Positions 18,975 through 29,561 are shown, numbered from the stretch's first letter. The stretch is 64,000 nucleotides of DNA from Fibrella musci (GCF_041321105.1 NZ_JBGGWD010000005.1:8544-72543), one strand, 5' to 3'. The notes: generated by a model from the letters alone, not told the origin. Program-made: numbers and translations.

Positions 18975-19151
18975 AGCTGCGGCTTCCCCCGGCCAGATCG
19001 GCATCTGGCGACTCCGTATCCGGCGGGTAACGTACCTGCCGCCCGGCTCAGTACCTAAAGAACCGACCTGCCCCAGGCCTTGAGTCGGGTCGGTTCTACT
19101 GCCTCATCCACACCCCAATAAGATTCATCCATCCTCTTTTTTCATACCCAA

Positions 19152-19706
19152 ATGACAACTACTCGACTGTTGAACAGCCTTTTTCAGCCTCCTGTGCGCC
19201 GTTGTGCTGCCGGACTCCTGTCGATTGGCCTCTTGGCGTGCTCTTCCCCGGAAACGGCCCCGGCAACGGGCAACAACTACCTCAAGGTGACGCTCAACGG
19301 CCAGACCAAAACCTACACAAACGTCAAACTCGACGAAGAGGCCGTGGCTGGTTCGCTCCGCGTCTGGACCGTAGAAGGCAGAACCAGCGACGACGACTTT
19401 TTGTCCATGTCGTTCTGGGGAACCGGCACGGGCACTTACCCTTATAAGCCAACGGTCGATGCCTTCAAGCAGGTTAGTCAGATCGAATACCGAACCAAAA
19501 ACGGAATGCTGGCCAGTTATGCCGCCCTGGTTTGCCCCGACAACGCGGGTTATTATGCCCCACAGGGCCGCGTCGGAGTCACCCAGTATACCAATGGCAA
19601 AGCCGTTACCGGCACCTTCAGCGGGGCGTTGATGAGCGATCAGGACGCCGACAACTGCAACAAGCAGGGCACGCCCTTCAGCGGCGAATTTTCTATCCGT
19701 CAATAA
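19152..19706 (+). CDS. Lipoprotein (184 aa)
   Basis: Signal with LLAC lipobox. The antisense ORF 19125-19844 is probably a shadow of this gene. Confidence 0.5.
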   Translation: MTTTRLLNSLFQPPVRRCAAGLLSIGLLACSSPETAPATGNNYLKVTLNGQTKTYTNVKLDEEAVAGSLRVWTVEGRTSDDDFLSMSFWGTGTGTYPYKPTVDAFKQVSQIEYRTKNGMLASYAALVCPDNAGYYAPQGRVGVTQYTNGKAVTGTFSGALMSDQDADNCNKQGTPFSGEFSIRQ

Positions 19707-19831
19707 CGCCCGATTCATAACCAATCTATTCAACCACGAACCCATTTCTGGCTCACCACGAACCGATAACCGGCGAGGGTGATCATCCAGGGCATCATCC
19801 TGGAGGTGGGTATCTGGCCAGCCACACAACA

Positions 19832-20482
19832 ATGAATACTTCACTCATAACAAGTCAGATGACCTCGCTAAAGGGGATTTACTGGTGTTTGATCTGCGCA
19901 CTCCTGACGGCCGCCTGCCAGTCAACACCCGGCATAATCGAGCCACCGACCCCATCGCCTGACTCGGTTCGCATCGATGGTCATACCTACCCGACCCGGC
20001 TTATTGGCGCTCAGCGCTGGACCACCATCAATTACCGGGGACCGGGCGGTATTCCGTATGGCACTGGCACCGAAAAGCCGATCTACGGCCGCTATTACAC
20101 CTATGCTGAAGCCAAGGCGATTGCCCTGCCCGCAGGCTGGCGCTTGCCTACAGAGGCCGACTGGGTAACGCTGGTGCAAAGTCAGGGCATTATTCTGGAA
20201 CAGAACACGGCCAGGAAGCAGGAAGCGGTCAAAAAGCTGCTGTCGGTAACCAATTGGCGTAGTCTGCCGGGCACCAATGCCTCAGGATTCAACGCGCACC
20301 CTGCCGGCTACAGCACCAACAACCTTCCGCCCGAAGATGGCGATATCGCCGAGTTCTGGGCTGCGGGTGGCGTGTCGATGAGCATTCAGGAAAATAGCCA
20401 GGCTAATCACCTGCTGCGCTTCTACAGCAACGACAACGACCCGTCGGTCCGCTACACGCTCCGTTTTGTCTCCGATCGGTAA
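19832..20482 (+). CDS. Secreted protein with the same Fibrobacter-paralogous-like domain
   Basis: GWRLPTEADWVTLV...GFNAHPAGY; paralog of the 17754-18974 C-terminus. Confidence 0.6.
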   Translation: MNTSLITSQMTSLKGIYWCLICALLTAACQSTPGIIEPPTPSPDSVRIDGHTYPTRLIGAQRWTTINYRGPGGIPYGTGTEKPIYGRYYTYAEAKAIALPAGWRLPTEADWVTLVQSQGIILEQNTARKQEAVKKLLSVTNWRSLPGTNASGFNAHPAGYSTNNLPPEDGDIAEFWAAGGVSMSIQENSQANHLLRFYSNDNDPSVRYTLRFVSDR

Positions 20483-21899
20483 GGTCAATACAATGCTATC
20501 TCTCTACTCGAATCTTCCTTACATTATGTTTTTCTCCCTCCTCCGTAAAACGGGTTATGCCCTTGGCCTGCTCGGGCTGGCACTCGCCTGCAAACCGGGC
20601 CCCGACCCGATCGCACCCCCTCAGCCGCCGAAACCCGGCGTACCCACCGCTGTAGGCAAACCAATAGGTGCGGTCATCAGCAAAACCATCGGCCCCGCGG
20701 GTGGCACGCTCAGCAGCGCCGACGGTACCATGACCCTGCGTTTTCCTGCCGGAGCGCTAACCAAAGAAACGCTGATCACCGCTCAGCCCGTCGAAAACAC
20801 GGCGTTTGGCGGGGCTGGCGTGGGCTACGAATTTGGCCCCCACGGTACGCAGTTTGCCAAGCCCGTAACGCTAAGCTGGACCTACAAAGACAGTGACCTG
20901 CACGGCTCCTCGCCCGAGGCACTGGGCATTGCCGTCCAGGACGATAACCACATCTGGCGGGGACATACCAGCCTATTTGTCGAGGCCGATCAGCGGCGGG
21001 TTGTTGCGCCAATTTATCATTTCAGCCGGTATTCGTTCTACGAGAATTTTTGGATGGAGCCCATGCAGCAAACCCTGGCGCCTAACGAAACGGTAACGCT
21101 TAAAGTCTTCTACCAGGAGAATCACGGCCTGTACGAATCAAAGGGTTCAGAGGTGGTTCAGGAGCCAACACCTTGTAAACCGACGTCAGAAACAGAAGTA
21201 ACCCAGTGTTTAGGTGCCGATTTATTGACGCCGCTGACTTCTCCGGTGGAACTCTTGAAAGCGGATCAGGTAAAGAACTGGCGGGTAAACGGGCAGGACG
21301 TAACGGGTACCATTGAATCGCCAATTGGCTTTCTAAGCTATCACCAAGGTCAGTCAGTCATTTATAAGGCACCCGTCAGAGCGCCGGAGGCCAATCCCGT
21401 GGCCGTTAGTGTCGAGATTATCACACCGGGAAAAGGGAAACTGATGCTGGTTAGCAACCTGACCATCGAATCGCCCAATGAGCTGTACATCAACGGAGCC
21501 AAACAACCCAACGCGTACGCTAACGCCAATGTCGCCGAACTAGGCGCCTTTATTTTTGTAGGTCCGGAGCCCTACAAAAACGGTAACCAGAAACAGACTG
21601 GTGTTGCCATATCTTTTTCAGGAATTGGTGGTACCGGAACATTCACGCTTAGCAAGGAAATTGAAGGCAGGTTTTCAATGACCGCCATAGGACCGGATGG
21701 GCTAAACTATTCAGGGAGTTATGCGCCCCGACCAAACGGAGGTATCGTATACGGACCCGGCAGCGTGACGATTACCGAATTCAACTCCGCCAAAGAGCTC
21801 ATCGCTGGTTCATTCACGGCTACGCTTCATTATCAGGATCTGGAAAACAAAAGATACAAGTCAATGCAGGTCAAGGGGCGGTTCCGAACCGGAGGCTGA
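20466..21899 (+). CDS. Lipoprotein (477 aa)
   Basis: Signal with LALAC lipobox. No other motif recognised. Confidence 0.5.
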   Translation: MSPIGKVNTMLSLYSNLPYIMFFSLLRKTGYALGLLGLALACKPGPDPIAPPQPPKPGVPTAVGKPIGAVISKTIGPAGGTLSSADGTMTLRFPAGALTKETLITAQPVENTAFGGAGVGYEFGPHGTQFAKPVTLSWTYKDSDLHGSSPEALGIAVQDDNHIWRGHTSLFVEADQRRVVAPIYHFSRYSFYENFWMEPMQQTLAPNETVTLKVFYQENHGLYESKGSEVVQEPTPCKPTSETEVTQCLGADLLTPLTSPVELLKADQVKNWRVNGQDVTGTIESPIGFLSYHQGQSVIYKAPVRAPEANPVAVSVEIITPGKGKLMLVSNLTIESPNELYINGAKQPNAYANANVAELGAFIFVGPEPYKNGNQKQTGVAISFSGIGGTGTFTLSKEIEGRFSMTAIGPDGLNYSGSYAPRPNGGIVYGPGSVTITEFNSAKELIAGSFTATLHYQDLENKRYKSMQVKGRFRTGG

Positions 21900-21955
21900 G
21901 TACTTCAGGCGGGTTTCCCCACCGGGCAGCCAATTGTTTGTGTGTCCTTTCAGAA

Positions 21956-22023
21956 GGATATAGCCGAGGAGGCAGCTAGCGGGGTGTGAAGCGCCCTGGC
22001 TAGCTGCCTCCTCGGCTATATCC
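21956..22023. repeat. Perfect 25-bp inverted repeat with an 18-nt loop
   Basis: GGATATAGCCGAGGAGGCAGCTAGC...GCTAGCTGCCTCCTCGGCTATATCC, 57 nt after the stop of the preceding gene and without a T-run. Confidence 0.6.
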
Positions 22024-22446
22024 GTGTCTACCAAGCTGATAACAACCTCACTATCAACTGTTCGTTTTGGATCAGGTACGTTGTTCATGGTTAACGCCAC
22101 CCAAGGCCAATTCTTAACGCACTCTTACCCGCTCTATCGAAAAGTCATGAGTCAGACCGTCAGGTACGTCTGCTGGCAGCGGTAGTTCATCGAGGGTTGT
22201 CGGCACGCCTGTTACTCAGGTGAGCGCGAAGGCCAGACGAAAAACCACCCGGCTGCGTAAGCCGTGAAAAAACGTGCGGACTAGGCAACCTTACTACCCA
22301 TCGACCATAACAGAAACAGCCCGTGCTCAACGACAGACATCATTGAGCACGGGCTGTTGGATAATACGCTCAATCCGCTGGTTACGGTCAGCTTTGCAGG
22401 AACGAGCGTTTTCGGTAATCGGGCCGAAACCAGGTTGAACCAGCTG

Positions 22447-23781
22447 TTACTTCAGGGCTATTTCGATCACCGAATTAATATGCTGCCCTTCGCTTTCAGT
22501 ACGGGAATTCTGCGGATCGGTGAACCACTGGCCATCCACAATAAATTTGTAAGCGACCTTGCCGGGTTCCACCTCGATGTCGCTAACCCAGGCGTTGCCC
22601 TTCCGAACGAGGCGGTTAGTCTGCGAGCTCCAGTTGTTGAATGACCCGGCAACATAGACCGCTTTAGCGTCGGCAAAGCCTTTTAGCGCAAACGTATGGA
22701 CAACGTAGCGCGGCGGCTGACTCCTCAGTTCTGCAGCAATTCCCTGAAGCGCCTGCCGCCAATCGGGGGCCAGTGTGGTTTGCTTAGCCAACGCCCCAAG
22801 CGCCATAAGCTGAGCGGCATACAAGGCGCGATTGGCCGAAACAAGCGTATCGGGGGCCACGCCTACGCCCTCCCAGTTGGTGTGGGTTATGGGGTTGATG
22901 GCCCGGCCGTGGGGCACAAACAGGGCAAAATGGTCATTGACGCGCATTGTCTCGCCCGGATTGGCGCCGCCCTTGGTAGTGTCGCCCACAAGGGTGGCCC
23001 GCTTCAGGTTTTTGAGGTCGTAGGCCAGCTCCTCTGCTCCCGAGAACGTTTGTCGGCTGGTGAGGATATAGATGGGCTTTTTGCCGTAGTGACGACCCGA
23101 GACCTGGGCGTAGGTCCACGACTGAACAGTGCGATTACCCGTGCGCCAGTAAAAATCGTTGAGGTGCGTCGGCTCGTCGAAGAAATAGCTGCACAGCATC
23201 GGAATGGCGTGCTCCGACATGGCCCCGTGGCACTGCCGCAGATCGATGATCAGGGCATCGGTCCGGGCCAGGTAGTTCAAGGCGGCACTGTACGATTCAC
23301 CGGCAAACTCCGGCGGAGCAAGGTATTTGAAATTAATGTACCCCAGGTTCCCTTTCAGCACCGACACCCCCAGAATTCCGAAGTTTTCGCGGCGTAGCCC
23401 TTCCTGCATATAGCTTTTCTGCTGCTGCATCTCGGCGGGGGATAAGTCTTTTTGCCACAGTTGCTCCTGGGGAACGCCCTCCGGGAAATACGTCATGTGC
23501 ACGTGTTGATCGTGACAGATGCTTTGCAGGTCAGCGGTTAGTTGGCGGGCCAGCTGATAGCCGTCAGTCAGGGCCTCATAACTACGCAGCCGATCATGGA
23601 TGTGGCGTTCCATCTGCGCGGCGACTTCCGGAAAAACATACTGTTCGTTAAGGAGCCGGGTGGCGGCCTGGGCAGTTTGCCGAGCTTCGGCGGGTGCGAG
23701 GGCGGTCTGTCGGGTCGACTGGGCTACCGACGGGGCACTCACGGCTAAGAGGGCCCACAAGGGAAATAGGGATGGTCGCAT
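22447..23781 (-). CDS. S41 family C-terminal processing peptidase with a C-terminal CBM48/AMPK-beta-like glycogen-binding domain
   Basis: TSRQTFSGAEELAYDLK active-site region. C-terminal ...VYVAGSFNNW...KFIVDGQW... Start chosen at MRPSLFPLWALLAVSAPSVAQ (signal peptide) rather than the longer ORF start at 23970. Confidence 0.7.
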   Translation of the reverse strand: MRPSLFPLWALLAVSAPSVAQSTRQTALAPAEARQTAQAATRLLNEQYVFPEVAAQMERHIHDRLRSYEALTDGYQLARQLTADLQSICHDQHVHMTYFPEGVPQEQLWQKDLSPAEMQQQKSYMQEGLRRENFGILGVSVLKGNLGYINFKYLAPPEFAGESYSAALNYLARTDALIIDLRQCHGAMSEHAIPMLCSYFFDEPTHLNDFYWRTGNRTVQSWTYAQVSGRHYGKKPIYILTSRQTFSGAEELAYDLKNLKRATLVGDTTKGGANPGETMRVNDHFALFVPHGRAINPITHTNWEGVGVAPDTLVSANRALYAAQLMALGALAKQTTLAPDWRQALQGIAAELRSQPPRYVVHTFALKGFADAKAVYVAGSFNNWSSQTNRLVRKGNAWVSDIEVEPGKVAYKFIVDGQWFTDPQNSRTESEGQHINSVIEIALK

Positions 23782-24140
23782 GGGGAGTCGTATTGATTGG
23801 TGAATAAACCAAAGTTGGCTTGAGCTAGCCGCCCCCCCAATCGTCTGATGCATGGGCTGTCGATCTGCCTGCCCCAATTGCGTTGAAGACCGAGCGAACT
23901 GTTGCCCGAGCGACATTGACAGTTCGCGCCAGTCGACAGCGACGACTCGTATGATAAGTGCCGCACGCAACTGCCCCCCGACGGCAACTGGGCCGCGCCA
24001 TACAATGCATACACGTATTTAGACAATTCACTCGTAAAACCTGCCAATTGATACGGTCCTGGCACGACAGCCTGCGCGGAATAAACTATGTTTGACCAAC
24101 GTAAGGAAGCCGAAAGCCTCGCTCCATACCGCCCTACCCC

Positions 24141-25277
24141 ATGACCCTGCGCCCCGCCGATTTCTGGCTACGATTTATTGGCATTGGCTTGCAGAGTGGT
24201 CTGTCGATCATCACGAGTGAGGCTTTCTGGCAACCCCCGTCTTATCAACACCTCGTTCTGGTTGTGTACGTTCTGGCACGAACAACCGCGCTCTGGCAGG
24301 TAAACCGGGCCATTATCACCAGGTTTCGGTATGGGGTTAGCTGGGGGAACAGGGTCAGCAAGCGGCTGGCGATGACTTTCCTGGCCTGCTTCGGAGCAAC
24401 CACGCTGCTTCTGTGGGTATTTGACCTAATCTGGTTCGTAGGGATAGAGCATGAATCAACAGGTTCGATTCTGGACAGCAAGCATATCTACCTAAACTTT
24501 GGCAGTGTCAGGATTGCCATGAACACCTTCACCGTCGAGTTGTTTCATGCTTTTTTCTACTCCACCTTCTATCTAACGATCTACGAACTGTTCTTTTTCC
24601 GGCAGGACTCCTCGCGGTATCGGCTCGAACTGGCTCGTTCGGAAAAAGAGCGGGAGAAGCTGCACACGGCAAATCTGGAAAGCCAGTTTAACGTGCTGAA
24701 GCAGCAGGTAAACCCCCACTTTCTGTTCAACGCCCTCAATTCGCTGTCGGCCCTGATCAGCGAAGACCCTCAACAGGCCGAGGTGTTCGTGGATAAACTC
24801 AGCGGCGTGTATCGCTACGTGCTGCGGGCCAACAACGAGCCCCTGACTACGCTGGCGGCCGAGCTGGACTTTATCGACTCGTATTTTCACCTGTTGCAAA
24901 CCCGGTACGGCACCGGCTTGAGCCTGACGATGCAGGTCGACGAGCGTAGGCGCGGCTATAAGCTCCCGCCTCTAACGCTGCAACTGCTGGTGGAGAACGC
25001 CGTTAAACACAACGTGGTGTCGCCTAAGCGACCGCTTACCATCCTGATATACACGGATGAGTCGGGCCAGCTGGTTGTGCAAAACAACCTGCAACGCAAG
25101 GCCACCCGCGTCCTCTCCAACGGCGTTGGGCTAAATAACATAATGGCTAAGTATCAGATACTTAATTTACCCCAGCCAGCTATCGAAGAGACGGCAGGTC
25201 AGTTTACGATCCGGCTTTCGTTGTTGGCCGACGCCGCGTCACCAGCTACGGGACCGGCCGGGCTGATCAGCGATTAG
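24141..25277 (+). CDS. LytS/YehU-type sensor histidine kinase (His_kinase PF06580 type); orphan
   Basis: NPHFLFNALNSLSALI motif with N-terminal TM helices. No LytTR regulator nearby. Confidence 0.7.
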   Translation: MTLRPADFWLRFIGIGLQSGLSIITSEAFWQPPSYQHLVLVVYVLARTTALWQVNRAIITRFRYGVSWGNRVSKRLAMTFLACFGATTLLLWVFDLIWFVGIEHESTGSILDSKHIYLNFGSVRIAMNTFTVELFHAFFYSTFYLTIYELFFFRQDSSRYRLELARSEKEREKLHTANLESQFNVLKQQVNPHFLFNALNSLSALISEDPQQAEVFVDKLSGVYRYVLRANNEPLTTLAAELDFIDSYFHLLQTRYGTGLSLTMQVDERRRGYKLPPLTLQLLVENAVKHNVVSPKRPLTILIYTDESGQLVVQNNLQRKATRVLSNGVGLNNIMAKYQILNLPQPAIEETAGQFTIRLSLLADAASPATGPAGLISD

Positions 25278-25386
25278 TGCGCTAACCCGGCGGGACGTAT
25301 CAGAAACACCATACGCTCCTCAAAGGCATTACTACCTGAATACGACATACGGGCAGCGAGCCTGTTTACGCGGGATACGAAACGCC

Positions 25387-26304
25387 TTATTGCACCGACA
25401 GCCTGTATTCTACGGGTGTCATCCCGGCTTTGCGTTTGAATAACCGGCTGAAATACTGCGGGTACTCGAAGCCCAGTTGAAAGGCTACTTCATTGATGGT
25501 CAGGGACGTACCCAGGATCAATTGCTTGGCCTTGTCGATCAGCGCCTGATGAATGTGTTGCTGCGTATTTTGTCCCGTCTGCGACCGGAGCATATCGCTC
25601 AGGTACGCCGGGGATACGTTCAACTGTTCGGCGAAATACTGTACCGTGGGCAGCGGGCGCTCACTATCCAGGGCAAAGTAGCCCGTCAGCAGGGTTTCGA
25701 AGCGGGTTAGCAGGTCATGCTCGGCGACGCGACGCGTCAGGAATTGCCGGTGGTAAAACCGGTTGGCGTACGTCAGCAGCACGTCGAGTTGCGCCACCAG
25801 CATATCCTGGCTAAAGGCGTCGATCGGCTGGCTGTATTCGGCCCGGATGCCCGCCAACAGATTCTCCAGTAAGTGTTCTTCCTGCGCCGACAGGTGCAGG
25901 GCCTCGTTGACCTGATACGAAAAGAAGCTGTAGCCCGCTATTTTCTTGCCCAGCGGGTATTTACGAATCAGATCCGGGTGGAAAATCAGCATCCAGCCAC
26001 TCACCTCCGACAGATCCAGCGTACTGGCGGCCCAGCAACCCTGACCGGGGGCCAGAAACGTCATCACCCCCTCGTTGAAGTCGTAAGACCGATGGCCATA
26101 GAGAATCGTCCCGCCTTTCAGGTTGCGCTTCAATGACATCGTGTAGATCTGCTGCACCACCGGCGTGGGCGGGCAGGGCTTGTTGCGCACCACTTCCATA
26201 TCGATCAGCGCCAATAGCGGGTGGGCTGGCGCGGGCAGGTCGTAGAAACGGGTGTATTCCGTAACCGTGTTCAGCAGCTGGAACTCGTTGGCGGTGTGTT
26301 TCAT
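25387..26304 (-). CDS. AraC family transcriptional regulator
   Basis: C-terminal HTH ...INEVAFQLGFEYPQYFSRLFKRKAGMTPVEYR. Start placed at the ATG at 26302-26304 (MKHTANEF...), because the ORF-track start lies inside a hairpin. Confidence 0.7.
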   Translation of the reverse strand: MKHTANEFQLLNTVTEYTRFYDLPAPAHPLLALIDMEVVRNKPCPPTPVVQQIYTMSLKRNLKGGTILYGHRSYDFNEGVMTFLAPGQGCWAASTLDLSEVSGWMLIFHPDLIRKYPLGKKIAGYSFFSYQVNEALHLSAQEEHLLENLLAGIRAEYSQPIDAFSQDMLVAQLDVLLTYANRFYHRQFLTRRVAEHDLLTRFETLLTGYFALDSERPLPTVQYFAEQLNVSPAYLSDMLRSQTGQNTQQHIHQALIDKAKQLILGTSLTINEVAFQLGFEYPQYFSRLFKRKAGMTPVEYRLSVQ

Positions 26305-26322
26305 ACCAGTTGTTTTGGCCCT

Positions 26323-26366
26323 GTTCAGCACCGGGCTTGTTGAGTAACAAACCCGGTGCTGAACAG
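26323..26366. terminator. 22-bp hairpin with a 4-nt loop between the aldo/keto reductase stop and the AraC start
   Basis: CCTGTTCAGCACCGGGCTTGTT-GAGT-AACAAACCCGGTGCTGAACAGG, with one G-T pair. Confidence 0.55.
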
Positions 26367-26379
26367 GCTAACCACTCTA

Positions 26380-27399
26380 TTAATCGTTTTTAAAAAGCTC
26401 GGGATAAGCTGCCCCAGCCGCACTACCTACAGGCATGATGGCCTCCAGCTGGCTCAGCTCATCCGGAGTCAGAACCAGGTCGGCGGCAGCCACATTGGCT
26501 TCCAGGTACGTTCGGCGTTTGGTGCCGGGAATGGCGACCACGCCCTGCGCCAGCACCCAGGCCAGGGCCAGTTGCGCCGCCGTTACCCCTTTCGCGGTAG
26601 CCAACTCATTTAGCTTATCCACCAGCGCCAGGTTTTTGTAAAAATTCTCGCCCTGATAACGCGGAAAGAACCGGCGGGAATCGTTGGGCTCGAAATCATC
26701 AGGCGTTTTGAGCTCGCCCGACAAGAAGCCGCGCCCCAGTGGAGAATAACCCACGAAGCCGATGCCCAGTTCACGCGTGGCGGCCAGCACACCATCCTCT
26801 TCAACACCCCGGTCGAACAATGAATACTCAGTTTGCAGAGCCGTAATAGGGTGTACGGCATGCCCCCGCCGCAGGATCTCGGGCGATACTTCCGACAGCC
26901 CCAGAAACCGCACTTTTCCTTCCTCGACCAACCGGCTCATGGCCCCTACGCTGTCTTCGATGGGTACGTTCGGGTCGAGCCGGTGCAGGTAATATAGGTC
27001 GATGTAATCGGTGTTGAGGTTGGTCAGCGACCGCTCGATCGACTTGCGGATGTAGTCCGGGTGGCCGTTCAGTCGATTGGTGTAGGTTTCGTTGTCATCG
27101 ACCTCGAAGCCAAATTTGGTGGCCAGAATCACGCCGTCGCGTTTACCAGCAATGGCCCTCCCGACCAGACGCTCGTTCAGCATAGGGCCATACAGATCGG
27201 CGGTATCAAGCAGGTTTACGCCCAGTTCCAGCGCCCGGTGAATCGTGGCGACGCTTTCAGTTTCGTCGGCGGTACCATATACCGACATGCCGTTGATCCC
27301 GGCGGTCATGCCCATGCAGCCCAACCCTTCGATGGGTACAGTCAATCCCTGGCTCCCCAGGGCTACTCGTTTGATAGTGTTCATACGTTGTTGCGGCAA
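26380..27399 (-). CDS. Aldo/keto reductase
   Basis: AKR fold signature throughout, e.g. [24 protein letters not shown]. Confidence 0.85.
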   Translation of the reverse strand: MPQQRMNTIKRVALGSQGLTVPIEGLGCMGMTAGINGMSVYGTADETESVATIHRALELGVNLLDTADLYGPMLNERLVGRAIAGKRDGVILATKFGFEVDDNETYTNRLNGHPDYIRKSIERSLTNLNTDYIDLYYLHRLDPNVPIEDSVGAMSRLVEEGKVRFLGLSEVSPEILRRGHAVHPITALQTEYSLFDRGVEEDGVLAATRELGIGFVGYSPLGRGFLSGELKTPDDFEPNDSRRFFPRYQGENFYKNLALVDKLNELATAKGVTAAQLALAWVLAQGVVAIPGTKRRTYLEANVAAADLVLTPDELSQLEAIMPVGSAAGAAYPELFKND

Positions 27400-27579
27400 C
27401 CGATTGGTTATTTCCGCAACAAAGGTCCAGCCCCACGGGCCGCGGCGGCCTATACAAACCGGAGGTTCTACAACACAAAACGAGGCAGCCCATTACAGAC
27501 TGCCTCGTTTTGGTGTATGCTGGATTGGGCCCTTAACAGGTAGCCAATCGTTATTTACCCGCGATCGTAGTGCCTGGAC

Positions 27580-27822
27580 CTACCACGATGCCCACTGTGT
27601 GTAGTAGCCGTAGCTGCTGCGGGCCGCCGAATCGGACATGGCGACGCCGGTACGTACCTGATCGATGGTGCCGCTAAACCGGGCCAGCCCGTTCAGGGGC
27701 AGATCATTGGGTACGTTGCCTTTCTGGCGTGGATACTGGGCAATTGAGTCAAACAAGTCCTGAAGGTATGCTTCGTCGTCAATGCCATCTAAGGGGAGGA
27801 GTTCGTCGTTCATCGAAGCCAT
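27580..27822 (-). CDS. Small hypothetical protein (80 aa)
   Basis: ORF only; acidic N-terminus. Confidence 0.3.
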   Translation of the reverse strand: MASMNDELLPLDGIDDEAYLQDLFDSIAQYPRQKGNVPNDLPLNGLARFSGTIDQVRTGVAMSDSAARSSYGYYTQWASW

Positions 27823-27896
27823 AATCGAGCCTATTTAGTGGTTTGAGGGCACGCTGCTACCTTATAAGCACCATTTCCCTAAAGCTTACTGCCTTC

Positions 27897-29561
27897 TCAT
27901 CGAATTGTATTTTTTCCACCAAATTTTGTACCAAAGAAATCGCCCGCGTTCCAGACCGGGCGTTCAGTAGCCTGGGCCGTCAGGTAGCCAATCAGGAATT
28001 GTAACTGCACGTGCCGGGCGGCGGCGCTCCAGTCAAACGGCTGGTTCATGTCGTCCTGCGGGGTGTGGTAGGTGGTGGCCCGCCAGTCGAGATTGAGTTT
28101 GGTACCGTCGCGTGAATCACCGGTAGTGGAGCCACTCTTGACATAAATGGCCGGAATGCCCTGGCGTACGAAGCTGAAGTGGTCAGACCGCATAAAGACC
28201 GACTGCTCGGGAATAGGGTCTTTGGCGATCTGCACGCCCACAAAGCTGGCGGCGGCTTCCACGGCCCCTTTCATGCTCGAATGCTCGGAGCCATAGGGTA
28301 CGATGTCGAGCAGCGGATGGAAGAAGAACGGCATGTCGAGGCACAGGTTCGCCACGATTTGCTCTTTCGGTACGGTGGGGTTGCTGGCGAAATAATCGGA
28401 CCCCAGCAGGCCCATTTCCTCGCCCGTTAAGGCCACGAACAGAATCGATCGGCGGGGTTTCTGGGGTAGTGTCGAGAAGAGACGAGCGGCTTCGAGGTTG
28501 ATGGCCACGCCCGAGGCGTTATCGTGCGCTCCGTTGTTAATGGAGTCGCCCTTAATCGGACGAGTAACGCCGAGGTGGTCGAGGTGAGAGACGTAGACGA
28601 CGTATTCACCACTCAGTTTCGGGTCGATGCCGGGCAGCAATCCCACGATGTTTTCGCCCACCAGGCCGTCGTTCAGGTCGGTCTGGGTACGTGCCTGCAC
28701 CGATACGTTGAGCGGAAACGCCTGCGGCTTGCTTTGGTTGGCGGCGGTGCGGGCGTCGGCAAACGAGCGGGGTGCGTTGGCAAACAGCGCCCGGCAGGTC
28801 GAGTCGCCCAGAGAAGCCACCACCCGAAGCTGCGGGTAGGTACGTTGCGCGCGGCCCTGCGCGTCGGTCCAGCGGTAAATGGCCTGCCGGTTGCGGGGCG
28901 CGTTGGACTCGATTCGGGCGCGCATATCGGTAGGCAGGCTGAAGGTGATGATGCCCACGGCCCCGCGCGCCGCGGCGACTTCCTGCTTGGCCGACCCAGA
29001 GTAGGCCCGCTGATTAGACGGGAACGAAGCCGGCGCGCCGTTGAAGCAGGCCACGATCTTTCCTTTTACGTCGATGTTGGCGTAGTCGTCGTAGCCCAGT
29101 TCGGGCGCCGACACGCCAAAGCCAACAAATACGACCTCGGCCGACACTTCGCTCGTGGCTTCGCCAAAGTTGGGGCTCAACACAAAGTTACGGCCGTAGG
29201 TCAGTGGGTACGTTAGTCCGTTTTGGGTCAGCACCATCGAGCTTCCCTCCTCCCGCACCTGCGCTTTCCGCAACGGCACGGCCTGCCGGTACGTACCCCG
29301 CTGACCGGCGGGCTTGAAGCCCAGCGTCTGAAACTGCTTTTCGACGTATTGTGCCGCCAATTCAAAGCCGGGCGTACCGGGTTTGCGGCCTGCCAGTTTG
29401 TCGTCGGCGAGGTAGCGCATGTGGGCTTCCACGGCTTCGGGTTTGACCCGTTTGGCCGCCTGTTGGGCCTCAGCGGGGATGGTACTAGTGGTGACCTGCG
29501 CAGAAACGGACTGAATTAGTCCGGCGCAGAGGAAGAAAAAAACGCGCGAGTTGAGTATCAT
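27897..29561 (-). CDS. M28 family peptidase with a PA domain, secreted
   Basis: Signal peptide, HLDHLG, and a GEEMGLLGSDYFA zinc-aminopeptidase motif. Confidence 0.8.
   Translation of the reverse strand: MILNSRVFFFLCAGLIQSVSAQVTTSTIPAEAQQAAKRVKPEAVEAHMRYLADDKLAGRKPGTPGFELAAQYVEKQFQTLGFKPAGQRGTYRQAVPLRKAQVREEGSSMVLTQNGLTYPLTYGRNFVLSPNFGEATSEVSAEVVFVGFGVSAPELGYDDYANIDVKGKIVACFNGAPASFPSNQRAYSGSAKQEVAAARGAVGIITFSLPTDMRARIESNAPRNRQAIYRWTDAQGRAQRTYPQLRVVASLGDSTCRALFANAPRSFADARTAANQSKPQAFPLNVSVQARTQTDLNDGLVGENIVGLLPGIDPKLSGEYVVYVSHLDHLGVTRPIKGDSINNGAHDNASGVAINLEAARLFSTLPQKPRRSILFVALTGEEMGLLGSDYFASNPTVPKEQIVANLCLDMPFFFHPLLDIVPYGSEHSSMKGAVEAAASFVGVQIAKDPIPEQSVFMRSDHFSFVRQGIPAIYVKSGSTTGDSRDGTKLNLDWRATTYHTPQDDMNQPFDWSAAARHVQLQFLIGYLTAQATERPVWNAGDFFGTKFGGKNTIR

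Noticed and set aside
19125-19844. 239-aa minus-strand ORF
   Set aside because: It fully overlaps the + strand 184-aa lipoprotein gene, which has a clear signal peptide and lipobox. High-GC antisense shadow ORFs are common, and this product has no features.
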